DNA of 64,000 nt from Iphione sp. A-MEVVRFRX5 (taxonomy: Eukaryota): assembly GCA_976226885.1 (NCBI GenBank), contig OZ320318.1, positions 63,922,001 to 63,986,000 of the forward strand, read 5' to 3'. Below the pieces are notes generated by a model. That model searched no databases, had not been told where the DNA came from, and was given only the letters and a program-made list of their open reading frames with translations. Positions 40,202 through 52,955 of the stretch are shown piece after piece (position 1 is the first letter of the stretch; each line of letters begins with the position of its first letter). The translations under genes and the position numbers were made by a program.

Positions 40202-41715
40202 GCAAGAATTGCTGCGCTGTTTCAACATGCTCATAAATGTCGCCTGCTTCGGCTATTAATGGAACTGAAATCCATGTCGTCTGTCTTGATTGTTTCGCCT
40301 CATAGCATGAATGACAGGATGATACCATTGAATCAGGATCAGGGGAAGCGATGAGCAAGTTTTATTACTTGCAATAATATGCCATATGTCCGTGTGAGAA
40401 AATAGTTGTTGCAGATGACAAACTCTGAAACACGTTGGCAGTACAAATGATTCGTTTCTCCTGTATCATCATCTTCTTATTTCGACATATTTCATGTGTC
40501 TGGCAATACATTGTGTGTTCGTATCGCATCCCTAAACCCAGGAAATTATGCGTTTCTCCAAATAATTCTTATATAGCTAATTCCTAAGCATATCTGCAGG
40601 TGACATACTCGCCAGCTGTGATGTATCCCATTCAGTAACCTAGGCAGGTGTGTCCTGCAGGTAAGTGCACGAGCCGACTGCCAAGTATCGCCCCCGGTAG
40701 CGCGCATCAGAACCAGCCACCATAAAACACTGCTAGGTTTCCATGGCGACTACCTAAAACCTGTAATTGAGTTCCTTGCTGCTGGTTCCAGGGAAAAGCA
40801 TCAAAGAGACGAGTGGGAAAAAGACCTGGAATATTTTGAGGGACAGCATGTGTGGGGCACATGGCAGACGTGATAAACGAGCGTCGTAAAAAGGAAATTC
40901 AAGGTGCTGAACCAGGAGATTCACGTCCACACAGGCACATTATTTAACCTTTCTTTTTCTCCAATGTTTTGCTTGTAGGATCTCTTACCTATCCATCTAG
41001 GTTAGTAGTGTTTACGAAAAAAAGAAGGGTGAGAAGAGCCCATATTTCCACGTTAACTTAAAGTCAGAGGCAGTAGATACACACAAATGTTATTTATGTG
41101 TGGTTGTCTGTGGGCGTTCCGAACATCAGGGCATGTCAGCCGAAGTACTGGTCTTGACATGAAAAACCTGGAAGGTGAACAGGTTTTCGGAGGGAAGGAA
41201 AAAGCAGGTTCCTTATGAAATATATTGGGCGGTAGAGGACCCCCAAAGCTGAGAGGCAAAGATAGATGCTACGAAGAAAAAAAAACAGAGAGGGGACTAA
41301 TCTGCCGATGACGAATGCCCGACGATACTCACCCTTGTTCCCCTATGAAACATGGTCATTTATGTACATATGTACACTTTTCGTGTCTATTTTATTCCAA
41401 GTGCAAGTTATAAACAAGACATAACAGCAGTCATTGTGCCGTAAAACCGTGCTTGGCATTATCTTCATTTGTTGTCGCATGGCGTTATTCCCTATATAGC
41501 ACTATGCCAAAAGGCGGAATAACTACTTGTATTCCATATTGCTCCTGTGTTCCCTTTTGTTGTTCCACCCCGGGCTTTTCCGTGTTCTCCCAGCTGCCCC
41601 TTCCCACGCCTCGCGCTCCAGGTTTAGAGCGGATATCCCACGGTTAAGCCGCCCATACAGTTGAAGTAGCCACTTTCCTTACGCTCTCCTTCTCCTCCTC
41701 TATTCCATACTGTAG

Positions 41716-41911
41716 GATCCAGCCGGTGTTCGAGTGGGTCTTCGAGGTGGAGGAGGCGGTGAGTGACAGCGACCCTGGCCGTATCATCATGAACCTGGAG
41801 TACGAGATGACGAGCACCAACAAGGAGACGTACGGCAGCATCGAGAACCGGGTGGTGGGCCACGTACAGGTGCAGCACGACGACACCGCCACCATCGTAC
41901 CGGTCATCAAG
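41716..41911 (+). CDS. TMEM132: Internal coding exon of a TMEM132-family gene (single-pass neuronal membrane protein, ectodomain)
   Basis: Acceptor ...ctcctcttattccatactgtag|G, donor AAG|gtaggc; 196 nt, phase 2 to phase 0; very high GC3. Translates (x)IQPVFEWVFEVEEAVSDSDPGRIIMNLEYEMTSTNKETYGSIENRVVGHVQVQHDDTATIVPVIK and splices in frame to 62681, giving IVPVIK-STELINTAILTG, which matches the remembered TMEM132 motif (V/I)VPLAM-EAEILNTAILTG. An alternative acceptor at 41722/41723 is possible. Confidence 0.88.
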
Positions 41912-42350
41912 GTAGGCCAAACCACGTCTACGCTCAGCCCCACAAACACAAACACTGTAAAACCAATATGTCCCAACACACACGAACGCACGCACGCGCG
42001 CGCGCGCACACACACACGCACACACAATATGATCCAACACGGATCAAGGTAGACCAAACCTACTATCACACACATTGCAACCAAGATGATGTGAAACACT
42101 GACGCACACGCACACATTCTCCAACACGCATACACGTTCAGGTGGACCACAGCTGCATTTACAGCCACCATCGTGCCGGTCATCATGCCCTCCCCCACAA
42201 AACAAACACTCTCTGCAAACCAATATGATCCAACACATACATGCACAAACAAATACATGTACTGCCAAACCAATATGATCCCAGCCACACATAGACGCAC
42301 ACTGCCCAACCAGTATGATGTAACAAACATATATTGCCCAACCAAAGACC
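41888..42350 (+). repeat. Mosaic tandem repeat derived from the exon 3' end / donor junction
   Basis: 41888-41909 is repeated at 42164-42185 (21/22 identical); donor copy atcaag|gtagaccaaacc at 42043-42060; CCAATATGATCC-like motif occurs about 6 times. Confidence 0.85.
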
Positions 42351-43460
42351 CAACACAGACGTATATGTATACATGTACATACATACACTCCCTATCCAGT
42401 AATGCTGCTTTCACATGTACATGTATACGAAAGTTACGCTAATGCATCCGACAGTGTTGGAACCCCAAGTAGAGATGGGTGATGATATAATACCACATTT
42501 TCATTCACTATATAGAAATCTATGGCCTATGCATCTGGTTTCCATAGCAAATCCATCCTGGATGGATTGGCAGAATGTACACTTGTGAAGGGGCTAGATG
42601 ATTTCAATGGACTAATTGTTATGCAAACGAATCCAGCAGTGAAATACATGTACATGTGAAAGCTGCCTCAGGTCCTACACATACAGAAGAACATGTATAC
42701 GAAATAGGCATGAGTAGAACTCTCACAAGAACAGAAGCCTCCTAACCCAGTTCAGGCACCTCCGTGACAACAGGGAGACACTTGGTCGCCAGGAAGCGGT
42801 ATCAGAGCATTGAGCAGTATAGTCCTTGTGGGTTTAATCTAATCAGTCATAGTTCCATACTATATCCTGAATGAATTAATGTTAGATGGGCGTCTTCACC
42901 TTGTACCCTCGCCGGCAAACTTTAAGCTGCCTACTGTGGGCAGGAAACCTGTGATTGGTTTAAACAAGTACAACAGGTCAATACATACATGTAAAAGATA
43001 CCAAGAGAGACACGGGTCTTCTCTATATTAGTGAGCTTTTTGTAAATTATAAATACATGTAGTGATCGCCACTCTTTCAGTCTTTTTCGAGGCATACAGT
43101 AGTAGATAATATGTTGATGGTCGATTGCATATTTTGTTTGCATCTATACAGGAACATCGGCTTGGATATACACTATGTTGATAGTGACACACATATCATC
43201 CATGCACATTCACTGCTATATCCAGTTGGATTTACAGTATGTCGATAAACTGTTGTATACGTTAGCTTCGCCTAAACAGGTGCATCTGGCTGGTCTACAG
43301 TATGTTCATGTAGACATGCACAAGCAGGCTTGGCGTCCTCGTCTCATGTAGGGCATCATTCATGGCATGACTCGGTAATACCAGTCCTTATTGAATAAGT
43401 AAGTCTGCTTCAAAGTTACTTTACTCCATACAGAGTTTGGTTGGCGAACCCAGCAGCCAG

Positions 43461-43488
43461 AGGTCAAAGGTCATTGGGTCAAAGGTCA
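43461..43488 (+). promoter_or_regulatory. Composite nuclear-receptor element DR1-DR2-DR1
   Basis: AGGTCA a AGGTCA tt GGGTCA a AGGTCA: four perfect RGGTCA half-sites in a row. Confidence 0.55.
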
Positions 43489-45612
43489 GCCATAGGCTTT
43501 CCTCCCTTTGCTGTGGAGGAGAGGCGGCGCTCCTTCATTGATCGGCAGTTCGGTCGTTGGTGGTCTGCCTTGCGGCCAGTATGCCGCCGTAAATCTACTC
43601 ACTGCTCACTGTTTGGTGAACCCTCCTCCTGAGTGGGTGGGCCATTGCGCCTTGCCCGGCTCTATCAGGCAGCAGGTGACTGTGATATTCACATGTTAAT
43701 CATGTCAATACCACGCCATGTGAGCAACATGGCACAAGTTTTGATGGAGCACCTTGGACATTATTTACTCTTACCAGCCGGCTTGATGACTGCACCTTAG
43801 GCTGGCCGCGGCCCGTCAGGGGCACATTATCTGTTCCTCGCAGGTGTAGGAAAAGGCGTTCTATGCTTCCAGGACACCAATATTTTATCTCTCTAATATG
43901 ATCTACAACGCAATTTAGGGTCTCTGCCTGACTTTGATGTGTCTTTGGAAGTCAGAAGACTAGTTACAAAATAGTTCAGGCCCTGCTAAAATCAGCCAAT
44001 CACTGCAGGTACGTGTTTATGTACTACACACTGTACTTGCGTTTTTCACTCAAAGGAGTGTTTTTGTTTTTGTACCCAGGGATGTCATTACCTTGATTAT
44101 GATCTGCACTGTGTGTAAAAGTGCTTGGCATTGGCTACTTCTATGGCAGTGTGATAGGACCTGCCACTTTCATGACAGACATGCCAGCTGCACCGTAAGG
44201 CGCCTTTCACATACAGCCGGATTTTTCCATTCTGCATCCAGACACAGATGCGGATATTTCTCCAGCTCTCCTATACTATTGAAGCTTTTCACATATGCAC
44301 AGGCATTTCCGCGTCCGCACATGGGTGCAGAGTTTCTATCCATCAAACATGAAAAAAGTCCGCACCCGGAAGCAGATTCCAATAGACACAGTGGTTAAGA
44401 AACAGCTGCAGACCATATGGTGGCAATTAAAATCACGAAACAGCAGGAGGGGCCCCCTTGTCCACACATGGGTGCAGATTTTTTGTCCAGTTACATGTGA
44501 ACAGGGCCTAAACGTTGCGGGGGACCCAGCTACAGTGTTTGGAGTAGGTCTAGTCTTGTTATCTTTCATCAATCAAATAGCTTAAAAGACCAACTAGCTT
44601 CAAGCCAGTCCTACTTAAGACAACTCTCTTTCACTTCGTCATTCATTTAGCAGGACCACCATTTGTACCGAGTTTCAAAACTTTGTCTTATTTTCGACAA
44701 ATGTTGACATATTCTATAACCTGTCCATTTAAAACGCACAAACTTCTCACAAAGGAGACCAAGCTTTGAAAGAACCAACGGTCCTTAAGAACCAAACTTG
44801 TATATTGCATTCTATTACTAATCCTCAAAGAAGACCACCTAAAGGGAGAAACGCAAATTTCCAAGTCACAAGTTTTGTCTCCTTTGAAGGTTTTCCCTGT
44901 ATTTTCTACCGACCTGACAGATCTCCTTCGCAGTTTCTGAAGAGCATACGTATATATGTATAAGTCCTTATATAAGAGTCAAGTTGAAAGGGCCTTTGAA
45001 GATGGCCACAGGAGCCTGAGATTAACACAAAAATTAATGCGATTTGGCACAAAAAAAATCACCGTCGGCGTTGGAAGTATAAAAGAAAGAACAGTTCCGT
45101 ATAAGTGCTTTGTGTATTACTGTTACCTGACATAAAAATGAATGCCATCCATACACATTGAAAGCAGGCAGCTGAAAAAAACGGGACGGGGTGGTGTTGC
45201 TCTGTGAATGGAAATGAGTGCCTGTTATGCGCAAGGGCCGTTTGAAGGGCCTTGGCTGGACGAACTAATCTCATTAACAGGGCTCTCTAATTAGTCTGCA
45301 GGACCTCTGCCGGCAGGCGTGCAGCCGACGTTAAATTATTTATCACATCTTTCTTACTTGTTTGAGGCAGACCGGCCCGCCTGTCGGTGTACCATGTAAA
45401 TCTTGACATGGCAGTGGCCATGTTTTATACATGGCGACAATGCCGCCAACCCATCTGGTCCTGCACCGCCGTTCGCTGGGTGGCGCCACTGGAGAGGGCC
45501 CTGTTCTCTCTAATTGAATTTGCATAACCTTTACATCTGAATTAATGGGTGTAGTGTTCTTGAAAGTTGATCACTTGGTGAACGTTTAACTTTCTTCGGT
45601 TTTTTCCCCCAG

Positions 45613-45666
45613 CTGTCTCCCATGTCAGTGTCTCTTGGATGGTGACCTGGCGAGGAGTACATGAAA
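45613..45666 (+). other. Candidate 54-nt cassette exon with in-frame stop inside the 20.8 kb TMEM132 intron
   Basis: Strong acceptor tttaactttcttcggttttttcccccag| and donor AAA|gtgagt. In the TMEM132 phase-0 frame it reads LSPMSVSLGW* (TGA at 45643-45645). Confidence 0.3.
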
Positions 45667-48600
45667 GTGAGTCACAATTCAATGATCTCTCTTACTGGGA
45701 AGAAAAACCATACCATCTATCACGAACTCAAGAACTAAGATGTCACCCTTAAGTAATGAAGCTATACTTTTTTAAAGCTGCGTCGTGTTTCCGTTTCTTT
45801 GAATATCCTTGTGCTCGCAAAACATTAATTTTCCGTCCAGAGCTCAATTAAATTAAACTAATTGCATCCTGCCAGAGAATTATGTCCAAGCGAATAATTC
45901 TGTCCAACAACATTCATTTGAAAATAAGCCCGAGTTGCTTCACTTTAAGAGTCCGTTTTTACACTATCTTTTAATAAAGAATCCCATCATTTCTTGCTCA
46001 ATATGCGGACCGTTTCGTAAGCGATATTGTCGAAGCAAGTATGTATACGAAACTGAGGAAACTTCGCGCATTCACTTTTTAAATAGCAATTATTTGGAAC
46101 GGCCGCTTCCTATTTGATCATTAGAAAGGCGGATCTGGTACGGCATAATAAAAGTACATCGCCCCATGCAGCGCCACAGTTGTAGGCCCTTAGTAAGAAT
46201 AGACAGTTGTCCTTCGTACGACAAATCTTATTTCAAGTTATTATAACTTCGTTGCCGTCATATGAGCGGCTGCTGAATATCAGCAGAGCACAAGGCGGGT
46301 AGATTTCAGCAGTACGTTTTCTCTCTTTTTATAAGAATATCCTGCGTGAAATCCTGGCAGTCTGACGTGCCCATGGTGTGTGTCAATTAGTTAAGAGAAA
46401 TGAATATGAGTTGGACCGATAATTGCAGAACACTCTCAACATAAAACATACATTAACTTAGAAGAACGCACCATTCAATTACATGTATTTTATATTCATC
46501 TTTCCCGTATGCTTCAGATCATATTTTTATCTACGTACCGATGATATTGAAGATTGATGTAATTTTGACGCATGCTATACATATGCATTCAGATTATTTG
46601 TATTCGATCGCGTAAGACGTAGGAATGAAAATTTCATATCACTCATACATATTGAAATGTAACATTATTCTGCCTGTAGGATGCATTTATTATAATAATG
46701 AACGTTACCTACGATTACGGATGTTTGATGACGTAAGTGATATTATTCACCACAAGGCTTACCCAGTGTCATATTTTCATCACCATAATGTGACTTTTGA
46801 AATACATGTAGTCTTTTTCATCGTCATTTTCTGCAAACACGCAAGCGGACATGCTATTGCGGCCACTGGGGCCGAAAGGGGAAACGCCCTAGGCGTAAAT
46901 GTCAGGTCGTCAGGTCAGGCCAGCGTATTCTCAAGGGGGGAGGTGTACGATATTAAACACCTCTCAACGTGTCATTACAGATGATGGATTACAGGCGTCT
47001 GGGGTCCTGCAAATGACCACACGCCGCTGTACATACGGTCCCCGCCCAGCTTGACTGCTGACTATTTCATTGCTACACCTATACACAGGTGCTCATACAC
47101 ACAGACACATCTACATGTGTCCGCATATATAAAAAATATACATACACATATATATGTGTGCATATGAAGTGTAGAGAGAGTAAATTGCCGAGTAAAAGAA
47201 AATGACAGGGCTGACACCGTCAGCGGGACTATACTGATGTGTTCGTCTGTGTGCAAGTGCACACTGCTTGTGAAGTGGAGTCGCTGTTACTTAAAGACGC
47301 GTGTGTGCGTGCGTTCTTGCGTGAGTATGAAGGGCAAAGACATTAATCTGAAGGCTGACTAGAGGGTACTTCCCCTTTCCTAGGGATCATCCAGGAAATG
47401 ATGGATACGGATACTTCTCCCCCCTAATGGATCGTTTCATCAATCGTGAGTGAGTCTTTACTAAGACTCAGACTCTCGAATGCGCAGTGTTCTCCACATT
47501 ATTTAACTGAATGATAGATTAATTGATTAATAATTTTTAACAAACAAAAGTAGAGCCATGCAAAATTACGAGTTTGAACCATCATTTGAAGCAATGCGTC
47601 CCCGGGAGTTCGTTGCAATTTGGACACTAATCTGACAAACTTTGAAGAAGCTGAAGAACTCAGACCCGTTTCCTAAATGTAATCTAGGATTTCTTTCTCC
47701 ATAAAGAAGTAGGTTACTACTACATGAAATAGCTACTAATGTCGCTAACCGATCAGGAGAGAACATGTAGCAAATGCAGACGAGAGGAGATATGGGCAAG
47801 TCCGAAGGGGGACATTTGGAAGGAAGATTGGTGGGGTCTGTGTTATGACCTGCAATTAAGCACGGGAGAGGGTTCTATCCAATCAAGGCATCGATCAGAG
47901 GGTAAAGGGAGGCTTTCCCTGTGCCTCTGTGCAACCAGGGTCACTACATTGCTGGCGGTCAAAGCCGCTGCCCTTAATTTATGTATGAGATCGGTGGAAA
48001 TTCCTCGGTTGCTTTTTTTTGCTATGATTTGCGACGAAAGAAAAACGTTTCGGTGAAGTCCTGATCATTTTGTAGATTTCTTTTTCATGATAGTCATTAC
48101 TAGTCGGTCAAACCTGGTCGACCGAAACTTCTTTTTCTGTTGGGGAGTTAAAAGCGGCAAGGTTTTGTCGTCGCTGGATGACTATAATTTTCTATGAATA
48201 AAGTGCTATTTAATCTTTTCAATACGTTTTGCACAAAGGTAAAATACATGCACACATTCTGCTCCAAAAAAGAATCCAACGATTGGTTACACATAGGGGT
48301 GTGGCCACATCTGGTCTACAAATTAAGCCACGAATGCGACCTAATCAAGCAGAAAAGACTACCCAGCCGTCTGATTGGTGTATTAGTATTGCGTGTGATC
48401 CAATTATCGTAGTAACTGTGGCCTTTCTGTTTGATAATGCTTCTAGCTCGCCTCTTCAGTAGGTCGACATGATATTGTTTTCGTTTTTTTAATTTACAAA
48501 GTAAATGCACATTGTACATATACCATGAACATATATAACATGTATTTCGTCGTACTTTGCCTACGTCACTGACCGCACCTGAATACTTAGTATGCTCGGT

Positions 48601-49006
48601 GCATACCACTTCCCCTGCCAACTGTTATTGCAATTGAATCCAGCTCTTCGGCACAATATTATACTTATAGTCAAGAGCCCCAGAGGGAGCCATATACATC
48701 TCGACCAATCAACACCTTCTAGTATCCATATCCGGATTAATGCAAGAACCGTTCAATTAGCTTATAGATGATGGAGGACGGTGATCCGTACAAGTGCTAC
48801 TTGAGACTGGCTTACAGGGCTGGAATTAGGAGTTTGTCATCAGTGGCAATCTCTCTGGAACTAAGCTGCAAGTCGTCAGTAACGTGACATATTTCCCTGT
48901 AGTCAGAATATTAACACTATGGAAACTAACCCAAAAGCTGTTAGTTACAAGTACAATCATTGTAATGGAAAAGAAACGTGACGTTGGACAGTATCAAAGC
49001 CTCCCA

Positions 49007-49170
49007 AAGGATAGACCAGTTGGCGTTTTATTTTATGCACCATAACATTATGGTGATAATTGCGGACCTAGCCAGATAGATGTAGAAGCCATTATGATTG
49101 CACTGGCTGCAAATGAAGACTTTTTTGTCAATGAGTTACCCACTTACCTCTGTAGTATACCCTAGCGGTA
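49007..49170 (+). mobile_element. Decayed LINE (CR1/L2-like) endonuclease remnant
   Basis: Single frame KDRPVGVLFYAP*...DVEAIMIAL...LTSVVYPSG, collinear with RDR..GGGVLFYV / DVEAIW.EL / GVVYRPP. Confidence 0.45.
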
Positions 49171-49360
49171 TCCATGCTGGCACATCGTTTACGTACCCGC
49201 CCTCGGCAGAACACACGGACAGACGTACTCACCGACATCCACTTGCATAATTACGACCAAGCGGAACGAATTCAGTGAAGACATCTAGATCTGCATACAT
49301 GTTGCTTAAAACACTCGATTGATCGCCGGTCGATCCCGGCAAGTGCTTATATCCTAGTGT

Positions 49361-49438
49361 AGTAATAATTATAATAATAATTATAGTTATAGTAATAATG
49401 ATGATGACGACAATGACGTCGACGACGATGGTGATAAT
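49361..49438. repeat. (AAT)n/(GAT)n/(GAC)n trinucleotide tract
   Basis: Seen directly. Confidence 0.8.
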
Positions 49439-52400
49439 ATAGTGAACGTTTATTTGGAAGGACGATCGTTTTAAGTAACATTACAGAAGGGAGCCGCTTG
49501 ACAAGCTGAGATGCAGTCTTAAAGATGCAGAAGGCCCAGGGGGCCACACTAGTTTCCCCCAGAAACGGATTGTATCCTTATGTTTTGCGGGATGACTCAT
49601 CATGCTTAATAACGCTCCATTGATCGGAGTACATAGTAATTCCTCTCCATATAACTTGATTGCAAACAGAAGAATGATGAGACAGGTTCAATTAAACGTT
49701 TCTTTGTATCGGCCTGTTACATTCCAGTAATGACAAAAGGTAATCATTATTCGGTCTCCTTGCGCCTCCTTTCCATGTACTACTCACATTTTTCTAATGG
49801 GCAACGGAGTCCATTTTGAACCTGCCAGGTTTAGGGCTGTCAGGTAGTAGAGATGGAAAGAAGCTGTAAAGAGCCATTTGGAATTATTGGAAAAGAGCCC
49901 AACGAAAGAGCTGCTCGTCTCTCGGCTGCCGACCTGTTGTGTTTTCTGTGGCTGAGGGAAATTAACCCTGAGAGTTTTAAGTAGGATGCCAGTTCCCCCT
50001 GCACTAGGACGGCGGGCTGAGCTGGACCTAGTCGTTCCTTACTCAATATCTCCATTTGCCGCGACTTTGCTTAGAAACAATTAGTGCGCCAACATTCCCA
50101 GGGAATTACTCTTGGAGCCGCCTCCATTCAGAGCAGGCGCTGGCGGTCCTGGTCCCCTGTCGAGAACAAGTGACCCTCGTCATCTCGTCACGCGAGATAA
50201 GGCGGGATCTCAGCCGGGACGTGATTCCGAATTAATACGACCAGACCATCGGGGTCCCACTCGCAGTTCCATTCATCTTGATTTGGGCGCCGGACTGTCT
50301 GGAGGTCTAGAGGGGTCAGCCTTCCTGGGAGGAGAGCTTCTCTGTGGTAATGAGCGCCTCATCACCTCAGGTCATCTACCAAATTGTCGCCCGACACAAG
50401 GACTCCCCCCTGCCATGCCACTAGTCTCTAACCATTGTTGAACACGCAGACGCCAAATGTAACTCACAGTACTAGTATATGAAACTGGAGGCCATACAAG
50501 TATCACCACACCGCACCCTGCCCCGTCATGCTCCCCCTCTCCCCTCTGATAATTGATTCAGACTGGTCTGGTCATTGAAGTCGGATGGCCACTAGTGCGA
50601 GGTTGAGCAGAGGTCAGTGTGACTCATCTCTATTGAAGTCCCACAAGAAGGTATCGTGCAGTACACGCAGTGCCAGGGAACCAGACTGTTTCTTTTGCGA
50701 GATGTATGTGTACACACAAAAAGCACGAGTCAACCACCCCCGACTGCATTTTTGAACGTTTCTTCCCCCTGAAACAGCCAGTGTGAATCAGTAAAATTCC
50801 TGGTAAACGTACAAGTACACGAAGATGGAATCGGGTCGAATGTGTAAAAGGTTATCATAAACCTGATATTAATTTATAGTGTTAAATCTCAACTTGTATC
50901 TTTACACTACAGGATACAGTTGTATATACATTGAACCGGTCCCCTTAGGGGATGACTCATTTACATCGTATTTGCACTTTTTCAAAACGTGTAGACAGAT
51001 GTATAAAAGGGTCTCGGGACTCCTAGACATGTGAACATTTTCTGACAGTCCAGTATTTATGCAGTGTACACTTCTTGGCAATCTGCATTTGTTAATACAA
51101 AGAGCATTAAACATTTCCAGCGCTGTGCGTATTGACGTGAGTACATATTTTGCGCATACGTTTAGGGCCGCAGCATACCCTCCAGTTCGTGTCTACCTAG
51201 TGTAGATATGGCTGCTTCTTGACACGCGAGCGAATACCGGAATATTCGGCCAGTAAGTGCATATCACGTTGGATAAATTGGAGTCAATTACGGTTGATCC
51301 AGGATGCACTGACCACTTGGGAAGGGCTCGCCATCATCAGAGGATTGACAGTTCCTCAGGCCAACATGGGGAAGAGTCTTGCCCCAGGGGCAGGGACGAG
51401 GGTTGGGGCTGGGCACGGCAAGGGCAATGAAGCAAAGGCTGACCAATTGCCATGATCGTGCCAGCCATTGCTGCAGGCATCAAGATAGACACATGCGCTC
51501 CTCCACCACCGCCACCAGCACCGAAGGTGATGCATTGCAGTGACCACTTGCTCCGAATATGAATGTCCTCCTAGTTTACCGCCTCAATCTCTCATAGTGG
51601 TGCCCGTCTGACATGCAGAAGGCAAAGCTTCTTCTGTGGATAATTTGCTACCCACCAAGACGTCGTGGTCTGCCTGTGTTATCCCCTACTTGTGTGAGAG
51701 GTGGCATTGTCAGTGATATCTTTTCTGAATTTACCAGTAACTAACGTAATGCATGTACAATGTACATGTATTCCCATAACTATCTCGTCAGATTGGAACG
51801 AAGAGGTGGGGGTAGGGCATCTATTGTGCAGAGCAATACTCAAGGGAGAGGGGAACATCTTCGTTATGTTCTTTTTACACAGTGTTATTAATTGGTGCTG
51901 AACCGTCAGCCGATTTGATGGCGGCGCCTCATTTACCACAGAAGGACAACAAGATTCGTTAGAGATTAGCTGAGAAGGCATCCACAGCACAATGATGAGC
52001 AGAATCACAAGATGCCACTGCTGTGCTGTAAACGGTTGCTGTTGAGTGTGGAATGTTCGCTACGAACCGTGCGCTGCCTTTTCATATTGAAGTTGAGATT
52101 TTTCGTTTAGATTTCTCGGTCTAATCCCGTGAACATTTGTAGAACAATCTTGGCGAATCTGAAGTAGACTACTTTGAGAATAACAAGGCTTACACCATTT
52201 AGAACAGAACGTCCTACCATTATGACTCCTTGTTAGTTCAATCAGAATGTTGCTTTGTCAAATTCCTTTCATAGTTGTTAGCAGCTGAATGTTTGGTGAA
52301 TTATAATTATTCATGACGAGGTGTTGTTTGAGATAACTCTAGAAACAACTCTTATGTGCTCTGATTGCAGTCCCATAGACATTAGATTGTACGCAGTGAT

Positions 52401-52785
52401 TACATTAAGAATTAACGTGACACAGAAAGCTCGCGAGTGGGAGACATCAGAGGACCATCACGCAGTCACAGACTGCTGCAGATTGAGTAAATGTGACAGG
52501 TTTTATGTAGTGTCTGCCAGCTCATTAATATTATATCATAGTCCTGCCCACCCAGCCCATCCTAGAACATGCGGTGAAACAGGGAAGCAGAACGCACCGT
52601 ATTGATGCTCACAGGATCAGGCTAGAGGCCAGGCCTCTCCAGTTTGCATAAACATTTATAGGCTACACTCTGAAGCCCCATTTGGATGTTTCACCCGTTA
52701 AAAACTTTACTTCCTCAAGCCCCACTTATCTGTAATTGAAAGAGGATAGGACTTCCAATATTTCCACAAACCCCTGATCTTCCTG

Positions 52786-52955
52786 GTTTCCATGGTAACA
52801 CTCATCATACAATTTGTAGTGTTGTCACGGGCTCCCACAAATACAGACAGTTGCTATGGCAACTCCCAATGGACTCCCGGTCGGTTCCATATCAGCGATT
52901 TCTTATCTTGCCCAACCAGATATGTATGGGACAGGAAATCTGTTGCTATGGTTAC
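52786..52955. promoter_or_regulatory. Cluster of RFX X-box motifs
   Basis: GTTTCCATGGTAAC (52786), GTTGCTATGGCAAC (52850), GTTGCTATGGTTAC (52942). Confidence 0.5.

Noticed and set aside
41644-42414. 256-aa and 138-aa minus-strand ORFs
   Set aside because: Antisense shadows of the GC3-rich TMEM132 exon plus the CA-rich repeat.
51356-51547. LRCWWRWW...VYLDACSNGW as DIRS RNase H
   Set aside because: Single short resemblance with no flanking collinear motifs.
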